Below are positions 10,948 to 23,058 of a stretch of 35,919 nucleotides of DNA, one piece after another. Each line of letters opens with the position of its first letter. Position 1 is the first letter of the stretch. This DNA is from Catajapyx aquilonaris (Eukaryota). The notes beneath the pieces were generated by a model that was not told the DNA's origin, ran no database searches, and saw only the letters and a program-made list of their open reading frames with translations. The stretch covers positions 1-35,919 of the forward strand of contig JYFJ02003971.1 of NCBI GenBank assembly GCA_000934665.2, read 5' to 3'. The translations under genes were made by a program, and so were the position numbers.

Positions 10948-12910
10948 TTAATCTTAATTTGAGTTCTCAACACAACGGTTCAAACCATCTCAAACCATAT
11001 TGCTTTTGGTGTCAAAGGACGTGTTTTCGCCCTGGTTCGGATATATTTGACAGCCTGATCGCACCAGCATGTTAGTAATTACGCTCACTAAGTCCAGATT
11101 TTGAAGCGTTTCTGCAATGGTCTTGATGCAGGAAGTGGCGTTAATCGTTGGCAATCATTCATTTCCAGAATGCCACAATGACGCACGTCGTTTCTCACAA
11201 AATCTGACATTTCCTGCCTGGATTATACGTCATAGTTATTCATTTCAAACGTACCGGTATTTATTCCTTTCATCATAGCATAGCGATGTTCTGTTAAAGC
11301 GGAGCAGCGGCCCAGTGTTTGGTGTTGGAACAGACCTTATTCTGTGATACGATCTTATTACGGCGTGACATAGAGTATAATCCTGCAGCTGTAACTTCTT
11401 TTGCGAATTTAGATGAGTCACGTGCGGGAAAATGTTTTGCTTCCATTACTCGCCATAAATGAGATTAGGTTTTAATTGTTCCCCAAATCCCGAAGGATGT
11501 TCGGGCAAACAAACTGGTGGGCTGCAATATCGGACTTCCACTTTTGTGAAGTAGGGAATTCTACCACGTAGCTATATCGGATACAGAAAAGGTGCACCTA
11601 TGCGATTGCGGCCAGAAATTAAAATCCCTTTCTAATTTTAGCTGTTCAGATCCTAATTCCTAATTCGGTTAGTGTGCCACCAATGAATGCACTACTTCAT
11701 GTCTAGGCTCATAATATAAATTCTTTGAACACTCCGCAAATGAGTTTTGTAGCATTCAATGCCCTTCTGAATACTCCTTTTGATAACAGGAAAATCAATT
11801 TTGGCATTATTTTCCACTTTCTGTAATGTACAGTAGGTAATTTTGATGGTAGAAATGAAAATAACACGTGAATAACAGGACATATCCTGTCGACTAGGTG
11901 TTCCGGCTCTCGTGGTTGGAAGAAGGGTTACGTAACCAGCAGGATACTACCTCTTTACCGATCAAATGAGGAAGAGTGACTGTCGTTCTACGCTTTTGTA
12001 AGTGCAGGAAAACGATTAATCTGGCATGCTCTGATTTTGAATCAGAGACTTGCCCGGAGCAATTCAGCTGCATATGTCATTGGTCATTTGATACTTAAAA
12101 TAAGTAGCCATATTACAATGATTAACTCAATATGCATCAAAAAGCAGTGCATGACAGCTACAGTTTCCCATACAGCGGACATTCATAAATCGGAAAATTG
12201 TCTGTTACGGATATTTTTTCGGGTCGTTACAATGTCACGTAAACTTTACGCATAACGACTCAAAATAACCATATTATACAAACTACTGGTGAAATCGCAG
12301 GGTGAAATGGTTTCATTGCGGCTATAAAAAAATCGCATGCCGGACCGTGCCGAACGCATCACTTTTCTTCAGCTTGTACAGTATTTGCTTTGCCTACGTC
12401 ATACGGCCTTCCAGTTATTTCAAGGTTTGTTTGTTTTTTTTGTTAGAAATATCTGGATGGATTTGGTTGGTGTTGTTTTTTTTTTTGCTTGGATAGGATA
12501 TCTAAAATAATAGGTAAAGTTTTTATGATTTTGTCTGGCATTTAAAAATATATATAATTTATGGTTTCATCATAATATCTGGATACTGCAATTGGTGTTT
12601 CTTTATTTACCATGTATTGCAGCATATTCTATAAAAACAAAGTGGATATTTAAAAACTTTAATTTCAGTGTGGACTAACTGCACATTCTATAAGAAGCAG
12701 ATATGAAATTTCATCTTCGCTTCCTCCATGGACATGTTTAGGCAATGTTACATGATATTAACATGATGTACCATTCCTAATATAGTATTTAAGATCTCTA
12801 GTATGCTTGGAATTCAATACCCTATAGGCCTATAATATGGCACTTGTTATCAAGCAGTAATATCAACTTGATAAACTGATTAGTTTTTACATGAATGGCA
12901 GCGAAATCAA

Positions 12911-13172
12911 GGAGGTTTTCGGCTGAGAAAATGACTTCGAAAACTCCAGTCAGTGTAAATGGGTCAAAATGAATAAGTTGAATTTCTGAATTACAATAAG
13001 TTCTCATAAATTTATCCTCACTTATGCCTTAAAATAATGGTTTCTTTTTAGCCTGTAATAATACGATGATGACACGATCAAGAATTTAAATAAGGTCAAT
13101 TGCTTTGTCGTTAAAATACAGTGTAGACCTATTTATATGAAGGCTAAGTAAATCTCCTCAGCCGAAACTACC
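12911..13172. mobile_element. Decayed Kolobok-like MITE
   Basis: Imperfect TIRs GGAGGTTTTCGGCTGAGAAAATGACTT and AAGTAAATCTCCTCAGCCGAAACTACC share the core TTTCGGCTGAG. The flanks TCAA and TAAA are each one change from TTAA. Confidence 0.6.
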
Positions 13173-16100
13173 TAAAATTGACTACATATTCAACCTTGAG
13201 CCGAGATAGCATCAAAAGGATATGCCAGCCATGCTCATTCATGCTGATGCCTCTTCAGGGACCAGTAGGTCTCAAACGACGAGTTCAGCTTTATTTCGGC
13301 CCTGCACGAAGTCCGCGTGGGCGATATTTCTGCACGATAAAGTCCTTTTTTTCGATCCTCTTACGCCTTGATGGCATCAGGCCAGGATGCCAACCTTTGA
13401 TGCCGGATATCACAATTTTAAAGCAGCCTGAATGCTTGACACCACGAGTGTGAACTAGTTCCACCCATCTAGTTGTGTGATTTGATGAGACGAAATTCCC
13501 GAGAACAATATGAACATTGCTGGGTGACCCGCAAACGTCAAGGGAACACTTCAAAGGCATGCTGCTGGTCACCTGAATTTCATCTAGTGCCCAGGTGGAG
13601 GATATCACTCGACGTATTTTGTAAATCCATTAGTTACAGGTTTTGCATAAGATGGCGATGGAAAGAAAATTCATTAATACTCTATTTTGATAAACTGATC
13701 AATTATTTGGAACAAAGTCGATATGATTTATTTATTAATTTTGTACATTAGTAGAATGCTTGCTACTGATTCAAGCGTGAAAACAATGTTTGTGCTATAC
13801 ATGCACTATACTAACCATTAACCTAACCATTTTGAACGACTCATTACACAAGTGCACAGGCTCGGATTTGAATTTTGGGAAATTACTTAATTAGGAGGCA
13901 ATTCAATTCCGGGCAAGGTTCCGGGAAACTGTCATCGTCATGCACCACAACATATTGCTCCGAAGTGCTGCGAAATGCCGCATTTTGCCAGGATGTATGC
14001 GACATCTACGAGATCATACATTTACCAGAGTACCGTATCGCTTTGAACGCACAATTGCCTGTAAAAAATGAGCCTGCTGGGTGTAAGTTATGTTCAGTTC
14101 GAAGTTCAATACATAGCGCAGGACCATGCTTCTGCATATGGATTTAGAAAGGTTATTATCATTTTGCTATTTGATGTAGGCCTACTTTGATGTTTGATTG
14201 ATTTGAGCCTTTATTCTCAGAAGTTGCCGCGTTCAAAATGCGTAAATTCACTTGCATATAAGGCTATACTACAAGTACAGTATCTTCAGTTCATGTAATT
14301 TCCAAATATTATCAAGTTTCGCAAGCTAATGATGATTTCAAGCGATTTTATTAGCCGTCAGTTGAGAGGAAGCATTTCAGGTTTAGTAAACTGACCACCA
14401 ACATTATATTAGTGATAATAAAGCTAATGTATATAATTAATAACACTCTTAATGTGACACTTGTCAAGGTTTCTTCTGGAATATCTGATCGCAGCGTAAA
14501 GAGTTTGGCTTGTCCAAAAATTCGAAATGCACATTATCATGCATACTACCAGAAATAACTAATAATAAAATCACAGTATTGTTTTCCTAATGGAATTGCC
14601 GCGCGGTCTGGAAAACGCAGGAACCTAGCCACACACAAAAGTGTAATGGAGAGATGCATGACAGCTTCATTTTAAAATTAATTATTCCATTCAGCTACTA
14701 CAAAGGCGGTATCACAAAATTTGTGGAAAATGGGGGCTGTCCAAGCGCATAAAATTGACATATTCATAATGTCAAGTTATGTTTGCATGACTTGCTGAGG
14801 TGTTGGACCATCTTAACTACAGCTGTGTTTTCACCTGAATCATTCGTGTACGTAACAAATTAGCAGAAATATGGTTGCTGACCTGTCAAAGCAAATATGA
14901 AATGAAACAGATTTGTGGCAATGCTATAAGAGTAGGATTGTGTGATTGCAACCAGTAATGCCACGGCTTAAAGGTTTCTCACGTGAGGAATTAAGCCGCT
15001 CCATAATTTTGATTCTCGTGCAAACAGCACCTCTATTTTGCACATTCGGCCTGCACGTTGCATGCCAGCTTGAAATTCTGAATTATAGACGAGACTTCCC
15101 ATCCCAGCAATTATACAAACTGCAAACTGTTATTGACCACATTAGTGGCGACTACAACCGAAATTGAGCCCTGGCATGCGGTCCTCCCAATTCCATTGAA
15201 AATACGCTTGAAACAAGTCCCAACAGAACACTTTGACACCCATCCCCACCATTTGTACCCTTCCTCCTTTTCAATTAATCATGTACGCACACACTGTAAC
15301 TCCAAATCATTAGCTTCAATCAAAAAATCCCTCTGGTGTATTACATCCGCGATGACCTTTCCACCAACACCCGCAGAAATGCGTCGAGGACAAAACCTGC
15401 CAGACCACTACACCTGGTTGCATACACACAGTACAAAAAAAAAAGTCATGTAAAAAAGAACCGGTGGGAGGGTATAGTGGGAGGGGGTGCGGATGAAACG
15501 TGCTTAGGCAGAGAGGCTTCCTTTTGGCCATGGCCAGTTCCGCCAGAGACAGCGGCCCCGTGTGTTGCTCACCTGCGGCCGCACCGGGGTTTCTAGTCAC
15601 GGATCCGTAGCAGTCTGGCTGTTGTGAGTACCCAAAACTTGTCAACTTGTGTGCACGACAAAATGTGATAGTTGGCTGATAGCTGAATACTCCAGAGAGA
15701 TGGTAGTGGTGAGCACGAAACTCCATAGGAACGGTGTCGAATTTGGGTGGGAAAGTTGGAAATTATGGCCGGATTTTCCATTTGCCTGACAGAGCCAGGG
15801 GTGGATGCAAGGTTATGTGGTTCGATATACATTCATGGTGACGGAAACGAGTACGGTGCTCAGTAGTATTATGTGCTTAGGTGGTGGAAGTGAGTTGGCT
15901 GGGATGGGGATCAGCATAATACCAGCGGGGAAATAGATTTGTAACAATGTGTTTTCGACCAAGTTACAGAACCTTAAAGTATCCTTTTTTACCGAACATC
16001 ACCTAAACACGTGTGGATGGCAATCAAGGATTATGTTGTCATTCTCAACAGGCGGCTCATATAGGCAAGTGGTTTGGAAACGGGATAACATGAATAACAG

Positions 16101-16387
16101 GAAGGGGAGATACTACAGCCATAATGGAACTACATTATGCATTTCTGACATGGCAAGTTAAATAATGAAGGATCAGATCAAATATCAAGGTAATCATAAT
16201 ATACGCGTATAAGTCCAGATGGTCCTGCAACATGATCAGTAAAAATGATGTGATGTTAAAGAAGAAGTCCCTGATTCCAGGGCAGTACCATGTCATCAAT
16301 AACGTGAACATTTGATAATACCGCCAGAAGATTATTAACAATTTCACTTTTCATTCTAATATTAAAATCTTGATGTCACATCTGATA

Positions 16388-16620
16388 CAGGGTGTTCCAA
16401 ATTCGTGAGTTACTTTAATTATCGCCAATATTGCCCGAAGTGGTTATTTTTTGTAGCTTGTTGTGCTCCTAATCAGTTGCTCCATTACTCCCAGGTGGTC
16501 GAATATAGCAGTTGCTATAGAACAGAGCAACTGCGATTAGGGCCACAACAAGCTACAAAAAATAACCACTTCGGGCAATATTAGTGATAGGAAAAGTGAC
16601 CACGAACTTGGAATACCTTG
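16388..16620. mobile_element. 233-bp Tc1/mariner-type MITE
   Basis: TA|CAGGGTGTTCCAA ... TTGGAATACCTTG|TA, with a TA TSD, a CAGGGTG terminus and ~95-bp inverted arms. Confidence 0.9.
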
Positions 16621-19165
16621 TATACCCTATAATTTTCAATATTTTTTTTACAAGGAAATAACAAATAATTGATACCAGTATGTACTGTATTTATGTTCTT
16701 GCACATTGTGTGCTACGTAATTCTGCAGCAGGGTGCTTTCTTTGAACTTTTCTGTTATAGACAATGCTTCTATTATCATCGTGATCTAGGTTAATTACTG
16801 CATCACATGCTGTGACAGTAAGACCGGACGTTCCACATTTCTACTTCATTGTCATAAAGATTATAAGATACTGTAACTTGCAATAAGAATGATCGTATTT
16901 TTGCACTAAACGCATGGAATAACAGTCCGTAAAATTTGCCTGTAGGTCATTTTTTGGCCCATTATTACGTCGTTTGATAAAATAATGTTTGTAGGTAGGC
17001 TACTGATATAATAATATTACGCTACCAAAATTGCTTTATTACCCACTTTATGCTACGCTCCAGCTACTTATGATATCACGTAAGATACGGTACATTTTCG
17101 AGTTTTCATTTGCCCCGCACGCATAATTATATTTAGCGTGCTCTAGTGGCCATGAATATTAAACTACTTCAGCTGAACCACGAGGAATGTTATTCCAGAA
17201 CTCTATTTAACAATAGTACTACCCCAGTTATGGAGTTACAATGAAGTTAATGTTTTTAACACATTTTATACAAAAAAAACATGCATGTACTTTATTTTCT
17301 GAATTGACTCACACACAAATTTATTTATGAACATCTACTACATCTAATACACCGAAACGATTTATTCAGAAGAGTGCAATCCCCTCGTCTGATGTCCACT
17401 GGAACATCTGAAAAGCAAGTACCAAAATAGCGCGATGAATCACTGGCGCATAATATGAAGGCAGCTTGCAAATTGTCTGCGGTGCACTGTCCTTGCTCGG
17501 TTTTCAAGGCCACCAGTGTTATTGTTCGGACGTCCTTATATGCATTATGCCCCTGCTGTCCTGTTTAGAAGCTCACCACTGGAAAAGGGCATGCCGCCTC
17601 TCACGATGTCAACCTTCTGTTTCATTCCACGTACAGTACCTCAGGCGGTGATGCTGTAGCGGCATCACCATTTTTTTTTGCATTTTGGTGCTACAATACT
17701 CCAGCATGTAACAATGAGCAGCACTGACCATTACCAACCAAGCAGTTAATTAGGAACTGACCAGTTGGCTGCGGATCACGATGCCCCATCGCTTTTGCCA
17801 CGTTGAGTGGCAACTGATGGTCATGAACGGGTCACGATTACCTTTTTTTGAGGTGGTTTGTCAGTAGCTGCTAAGCCTGCTGTGAGATGTATTGCAGCCC
17901 TCAGGCAAGATTCCTTCAGGTATTCACTTATAACTTGATGATATCTCCTTAGCGGGAAGCCTGATTCGTGTTACTTATTCCAGTAGATTCATTAGGTGTA
18001 ACGGTACTGATGTAAAAGTTTACATGTTAACTATAGCACAGTTAGTCATCACGCTATTAATGAGATGGATGTAACGGATGTGTGAATAATTTCTTAATCA
18101 ACGAGATAAAAAGAATGACTACATCATTGTTCTTGCATGAATTGAAATTCTTTAAGAGGGCATGCGGAAAGACAACAGAACTTTGTCATCGAAATATCTG
18201 GTGGCCGAGGCTGACGTTAATGAGTAGAACATGATGCCTATATAGTGAAGGCATTAATTCGTTACGTTATTTGTCCAGACGACCTCGAAAAGTTGCGGTA
18301 GTATAAATTTTAAATAATTCAAAAATGGTTACTGTCGTAATGGAGTAAGCTTTTTGAAAAGCAAAGTCATATATTGGTTTAATATAACGCCATATCGTTC
18401 CTAAAACAGGTGGTTAAGTTCATGGTACAGATAATTGGCAATTTGATGATACTTGACAAATAAGACCCTGTCATATTCAGGACTCTTGTCGACATCTTGG
18501 CTTGCAACCCTCTGCTTATTATTCATTAATACTTTCATTCTTGCCTTGTAATTGAGGACCTAAATATCCCCAGATAGAGTGGCAATAAGGCTTTATGGGT
18601 ATGGCGTCGGAGCCTCCTTTCCACATAATGCATTTATAACAAAACTTGAACTTTAATTTTTTCCCCTCTAATTTTTCTGAAAACTTCGGAGAATCACTCA
18701 TAAACTCTGCGTGAAATATATCTCTGGCACTTTCACGGCGGACAAAGGGGTCGCATCAACGTCGTAACATATTGCAAAAGGGAATGGTGCGCAAGGGAGG
18801 CAGTCAAAATCTCTGTTTTGAACTGAAAGGGTAAAAAATGTAGCCCCTTCATGTTAAATATCAGCAGTTTTTCAGTTGTCAGAAATGACTAGTAGCTCCT
18901 AATGCATGAGCAGTCCTTTCAACATTTACACTGACACGCTTCAGAACAAGCATAGAAATGCTCAAAAGGAATATTGCCACACAAGTCTTTTCCCCACTTT
19001 TTATACTAACCGCATCAGAGAAGCAAATGATTATCGATTTGCGATTTCGTATATTGAAGTACTTAATGACTGAAAATCGTTACTACAGTAATATACTGGC
19101 ACTGCGGCAGAAAGAGCAACACACTGGCTGTATGCAGGTGCAAGTGGCATCATATACCTAGTGTC

Positions 19166-19430
19166 GGGGAAGTGTGGTGGTCGAGATGGTAACGTCTCGG
19201 CTTGCTGAGTGAAAGGTTCCAGGTTCAATCCCCGCGGAGCTCCCTTTCACCTGCGTCGGGAGGGTCTCTGGCCTGCACCTTGGAGGTGTCTGGCAACCTA
19301 ACCTCCTGGGAAACAGCACATGACCTGCAATTGAGACAATGCACTTTGCACCCATGTTCCCTCCCCAAAAATCCTTATCATTTCCCAATGTCCCTGATTC
19401 CTTGCACAGGAGATTGAATAAGAAAATATA
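19166..19430 (+). mobile_element. tRNA-derived SINE (family A, copy 2), 3' end diverged or truncated
   Basis: Colinear with the reverse complement of 9790-10050 (e.g. GGAGGTGTCTGGCAACCTAACCTCCTGGG, GTTCCCTCCCCAAAAATCC). A box TGGTCGAGATGG, B box GGTTCAATCCC. The 3' boundary is approximate. Confidence 0.88.
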
Positions 19431-22400
19431 ATTATAGAAAACTGTACACGATACCATATTATTTGATCGATATACTTCCCCAACCTGTACATTTATACAC
19501 AAGTCCTATTTCTAGAATGAAAAGCGCCTCAATGAAGCATCAAAGCAGGAGCCTCATTGAAGCCTATGCTCAATGTCAACGTCTCAAGTTATTGATGTTT
19601 TCTAAGCTGTTTGTCGGCAGGGAGCGAATATCCCGGCCATTGATCGCGTAAGCTCTTTTGGCAATTAGAGGGGTTTTGCAGTGTTCCATTGATGCTATCT
19701 GTTAAGTTAGTTTTTTGAAAGACTGGTAAAACTTTAGGTTCAACGAATGCGAATGTGATGTGAGGAGTCTTTCAGTTTCAATGATTATTTGAAAGTGCGC
19801 CGGAATAAATTTCCAAAATCAAATGCTGTGGTAAAGTTTGGAAATTGATCTCAATGGAAAGAATGAATGAAGACTCACGTTTAACCTAATACTAACGAAT
19901 CATATTTTGATAACATCTACCGGAATGGCTGCTAAAAGCATCTGCTTAAAAATAAGCAGCTTAGTGCCAAAAATGATTAATCACTACGGACATTTCATAT
20001 TGGAATACACTCTGTACAGTATAGTATTCTAACTTGGGTAGCTGCGTGGATTGGAAGCCTTTTTACATCCGCAGATCCCGAGCTTAACAGTACTGATTTA
20101 ATGCGATTATTTTGTTTTACACTATACTCTCAAAGAGAAAAAGTAAACCACACTAAGCCACAGATTAACCTATGCTGAATCAGTGATCTCTCCCAGTATT
20201 GTACTTTGTTTACTTTGGCGGATAATAAAACAATTACCTGGAATTAAAAGTTAATCCCAGTATTTACATAAAACCCCCCGGCTTCTGCAGACGTTTTTGC
20301 CCCTGAATCTCGCGAGCCCTGATAATAATACTGTAATACTGAAGGCTATTGCGAATTAAATATTGCTTCTGAATTTTATAGCCTTCCTGGAATCAGTGAC
20401 GCAAGTTCATAATGTGAGTTGCATCTAGGATAAGGCTTCGAAAAGTGTTTCCTATAGCGGAGTAGGCCTATACGGTGTATATACACTGGCCGAGATCGCT
20501 CTTTTGCTAATCAACAAATTTCAACAAGTAATTAACCTCATACCCCAGTACTGAGGGCCACACTGCCTGCCGCCTGTCTGCTGTATCATTGTTATAGAGA
20601 TGAGATAATCAACTAACGTAGATTTTAAGAGCCATTGTCGTACGTAGCTAAGAACAATACGGGACCTAATAATGTAGTACTTACCATGTCACGTATCAAT
20701 TAAGCAAAGTACAGACAGGCTAATTCAAATGTCTCGTTGATTGAGAGAACCTTTACATAAACCCATTGTAAAGGTAAATCCGAGTCCTCACGTTAGATTC
20801 ATTCATTGTATGGAGTCTGGAACAAACCTTTCCACTGACGTGACAGTAACACGTAATGCTCCCGTAAAGGGAGTCCGAACCGTTGCGTCACTGAGATTAT
20901 GTTCTGATTATAATTGAAACTTTCATTGTTTAACTGTCATACACCACTTGCTACTGTAATAAAGTTGCCAAACGCTCCACAGTGTTAATTTTCATAACGT
21001 AAATTTTTATTGCGTATTACCTGGGATCACTATGTTATTATTTGACTAAATAAGTAAAAAGAGCAAAACATATCCCCCGAACTAACCTAACCAGGAGTAA
21101 TTCAATGTTGCAGGCCTGTTCATAAGGCGGAAGTAAGGAAGCGAGGCGAAAGATTCTTTTCATGACTCTGAAAGCCTATAAACATCCCGAAAATAAAATG
21201 GTGGTTGGCAAAAGTGAGGTGTGTGGGAGGGTACAGTGAGACGAGGACCTATTGAATTGGCCAGTCCAGGGGTTCGATGACCCCCGTCAGGAAAAGTGCC
21301 TCGCCTCCTTTGTGGAAATCGGGACCGACAACGAGATTAATAATGGACCACCAGGATCGTTGCACTGGGCGCAACCGGAAGTGGTGAAGGTTGCCAAATG
21401 GCATTCGAGGGATTGACGTGACGCGATTCAATTGTTGGCCAGACTAAATTAAACGCTGGGATGTGCCTTGCAGTTTTTAGGCATTGCGTTTCGTTGGCCA
21501 CACGTCACCGCCAGTTCCCTATACTATTAATCCACGCAATCATGAATGAAAGTATAGCCATTTTCTGGGTAAATTCTGGGTATACGGAACTTGTTTTTCA
21601 GGATGTCACGCTGCAGTGCATATTCTCACAGACCACAAGAATGAAATATTTATTTAGGTGAATAGGATGGCAAACAGCAAAACCGTTGTAAAATCTGTCA
21701 GCACAACTGCAGCTTGGCAACGTGTTTAATATCGGGTATCCTCAAGACGACAAAGATCATTCCCTCCAAAAGATATAAAAAAAATCTATAAGAAGAACTA
21801 TTATTGAACTTCAGAGAGATGAAACATTTACTGTGAATGGATGGTTTTTGTTGGGCAAGTCAATAACACACAATAGACGGCCCTTCCAGGCCTTTCTATT
21901 TGAATTGCTCGAGAGCGTGGCCCTACAATTCCGTTTTTAATACCGTGGAGGACATGCTTACTAGAGCTTTAGGTTTTGAAAAAGATCAACTTGACGGGAA
22001 AGGCGTATATAACATCCGAATTGCAGTGTTCATTCAAAGTCTGTATTCATACAGTCTGTATACGCGCAATAGCTGCTTTATGTCGAACAAATCGTAGCAC
22101 TTGCTCACACAAAAAAGGCTACCAGTAATGAAAATATGACTACTTGTCGAAATGACCCAAACAATATTTGCCTTTCAATATTTCAAAAGTTGTCCCACTC
22201 AGCTTTCAATTCCATCTCTCACAGTTTGAATATTTGTTTTAGGCTACTCCGGCCTTTCCTCATCACCAAATCAAGCCGTATTGTGCCAAAAGCCAAACTT
22301 GTCGGCATCATATGAAATAATTCTACAGCGAACTGAATTGTGCAAAGTAAACAGCGAAAGTACAGCCTAGGGCCCAAATTTCCGGTGCATGTTGTGCTCC

Positions 22401-23003
22401 TCCTCTGCACCTTACCATAGGGACGTGTTTACATAGCCCGAAGGCGGAGTGGAAGACCTCATAAAGGTCATTTGCTTCACTCTTTTCCGCCCCTGTGGCC
22501 GGCGCTTCCCTGAGCCTGAGCAGAATCACAGATGAAACTCGCTGGGCCAAGGAGAGACGAGCAAGCGTACATGTTGTGGTATAAGAAAAAGAAACTGGAT
22601 GGGCAGCTAGCCCAAGAGGACTTGGGCTGTTGTATGCCTTCAGGTGAAGTTTAGCTCGTCTCTGTGGAATGTTACGTAACCATTTAGGGTGCTCAGATTT
22701 GCACACGGATGGGGTTTACTCTGATCGTGGGCCTGAGGCTGAGCTGGGCCATTAAGGAAGTGCCGAAAAACCTCTTGCTGGTGGTCGATCGTCTGCCAGG
22801 TTTACATTCCACACTAGTTTCCTCTCCGATTCCAAGCCATTACTTTGCAGGTTCAAGCTATTATTATATGCTCTCTCAAACTTTTATTAGCAGTGTGGAT
22901 TCTAGGCTTTATTCGCTGATATCCAATGCCATTTTTTTGGTGAAAGGTGTGTGGCAGGTAACACTGTCGCAATTTATTACTAATTAACATTTATTTTATT
23001 TGA

Positions 23004-23058
23004 CTTCGGTACCAGCATTATGTGGTCATTTGAAACTTCCATAATGCTGGTATAGAAG
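23004..23058. repeat. Short inverted repeat / hairpin
   Basis: Perfect 13-bp stem TACCAGCATTATG (23010-23022) / CATAATGCTGGTA (23040-23052), extended by CTTC/GAAG. Confidence 0.7.

Noticed and set aside
12216..12265. Imperfect hairpin GGGTCGTTA...TAACGACTC, and similar short stems near 4659, 11489, 28592 and 33524
   Set aside because: Stems of 9 bp or less are expected by chance in 36 kb.
13178..13751. Cluster of 90-105 aa ORFs on both strands, possibly a decayed TE or viral gene
   Set aside because: No recognisable domain in the frames I translated. BLASTX would be needed.
20825..20895. Branched fold with TAATGC, reminiscent of a twister ribozyme
   Set aside because: The conserved pseudoknot partners and the 3' GAG segment are missing.
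21258..21290. GGGGTTCGATGACCCC B-box-like hairpin
   Set aside because: No convincing A box, cloverleaf or SINE body.
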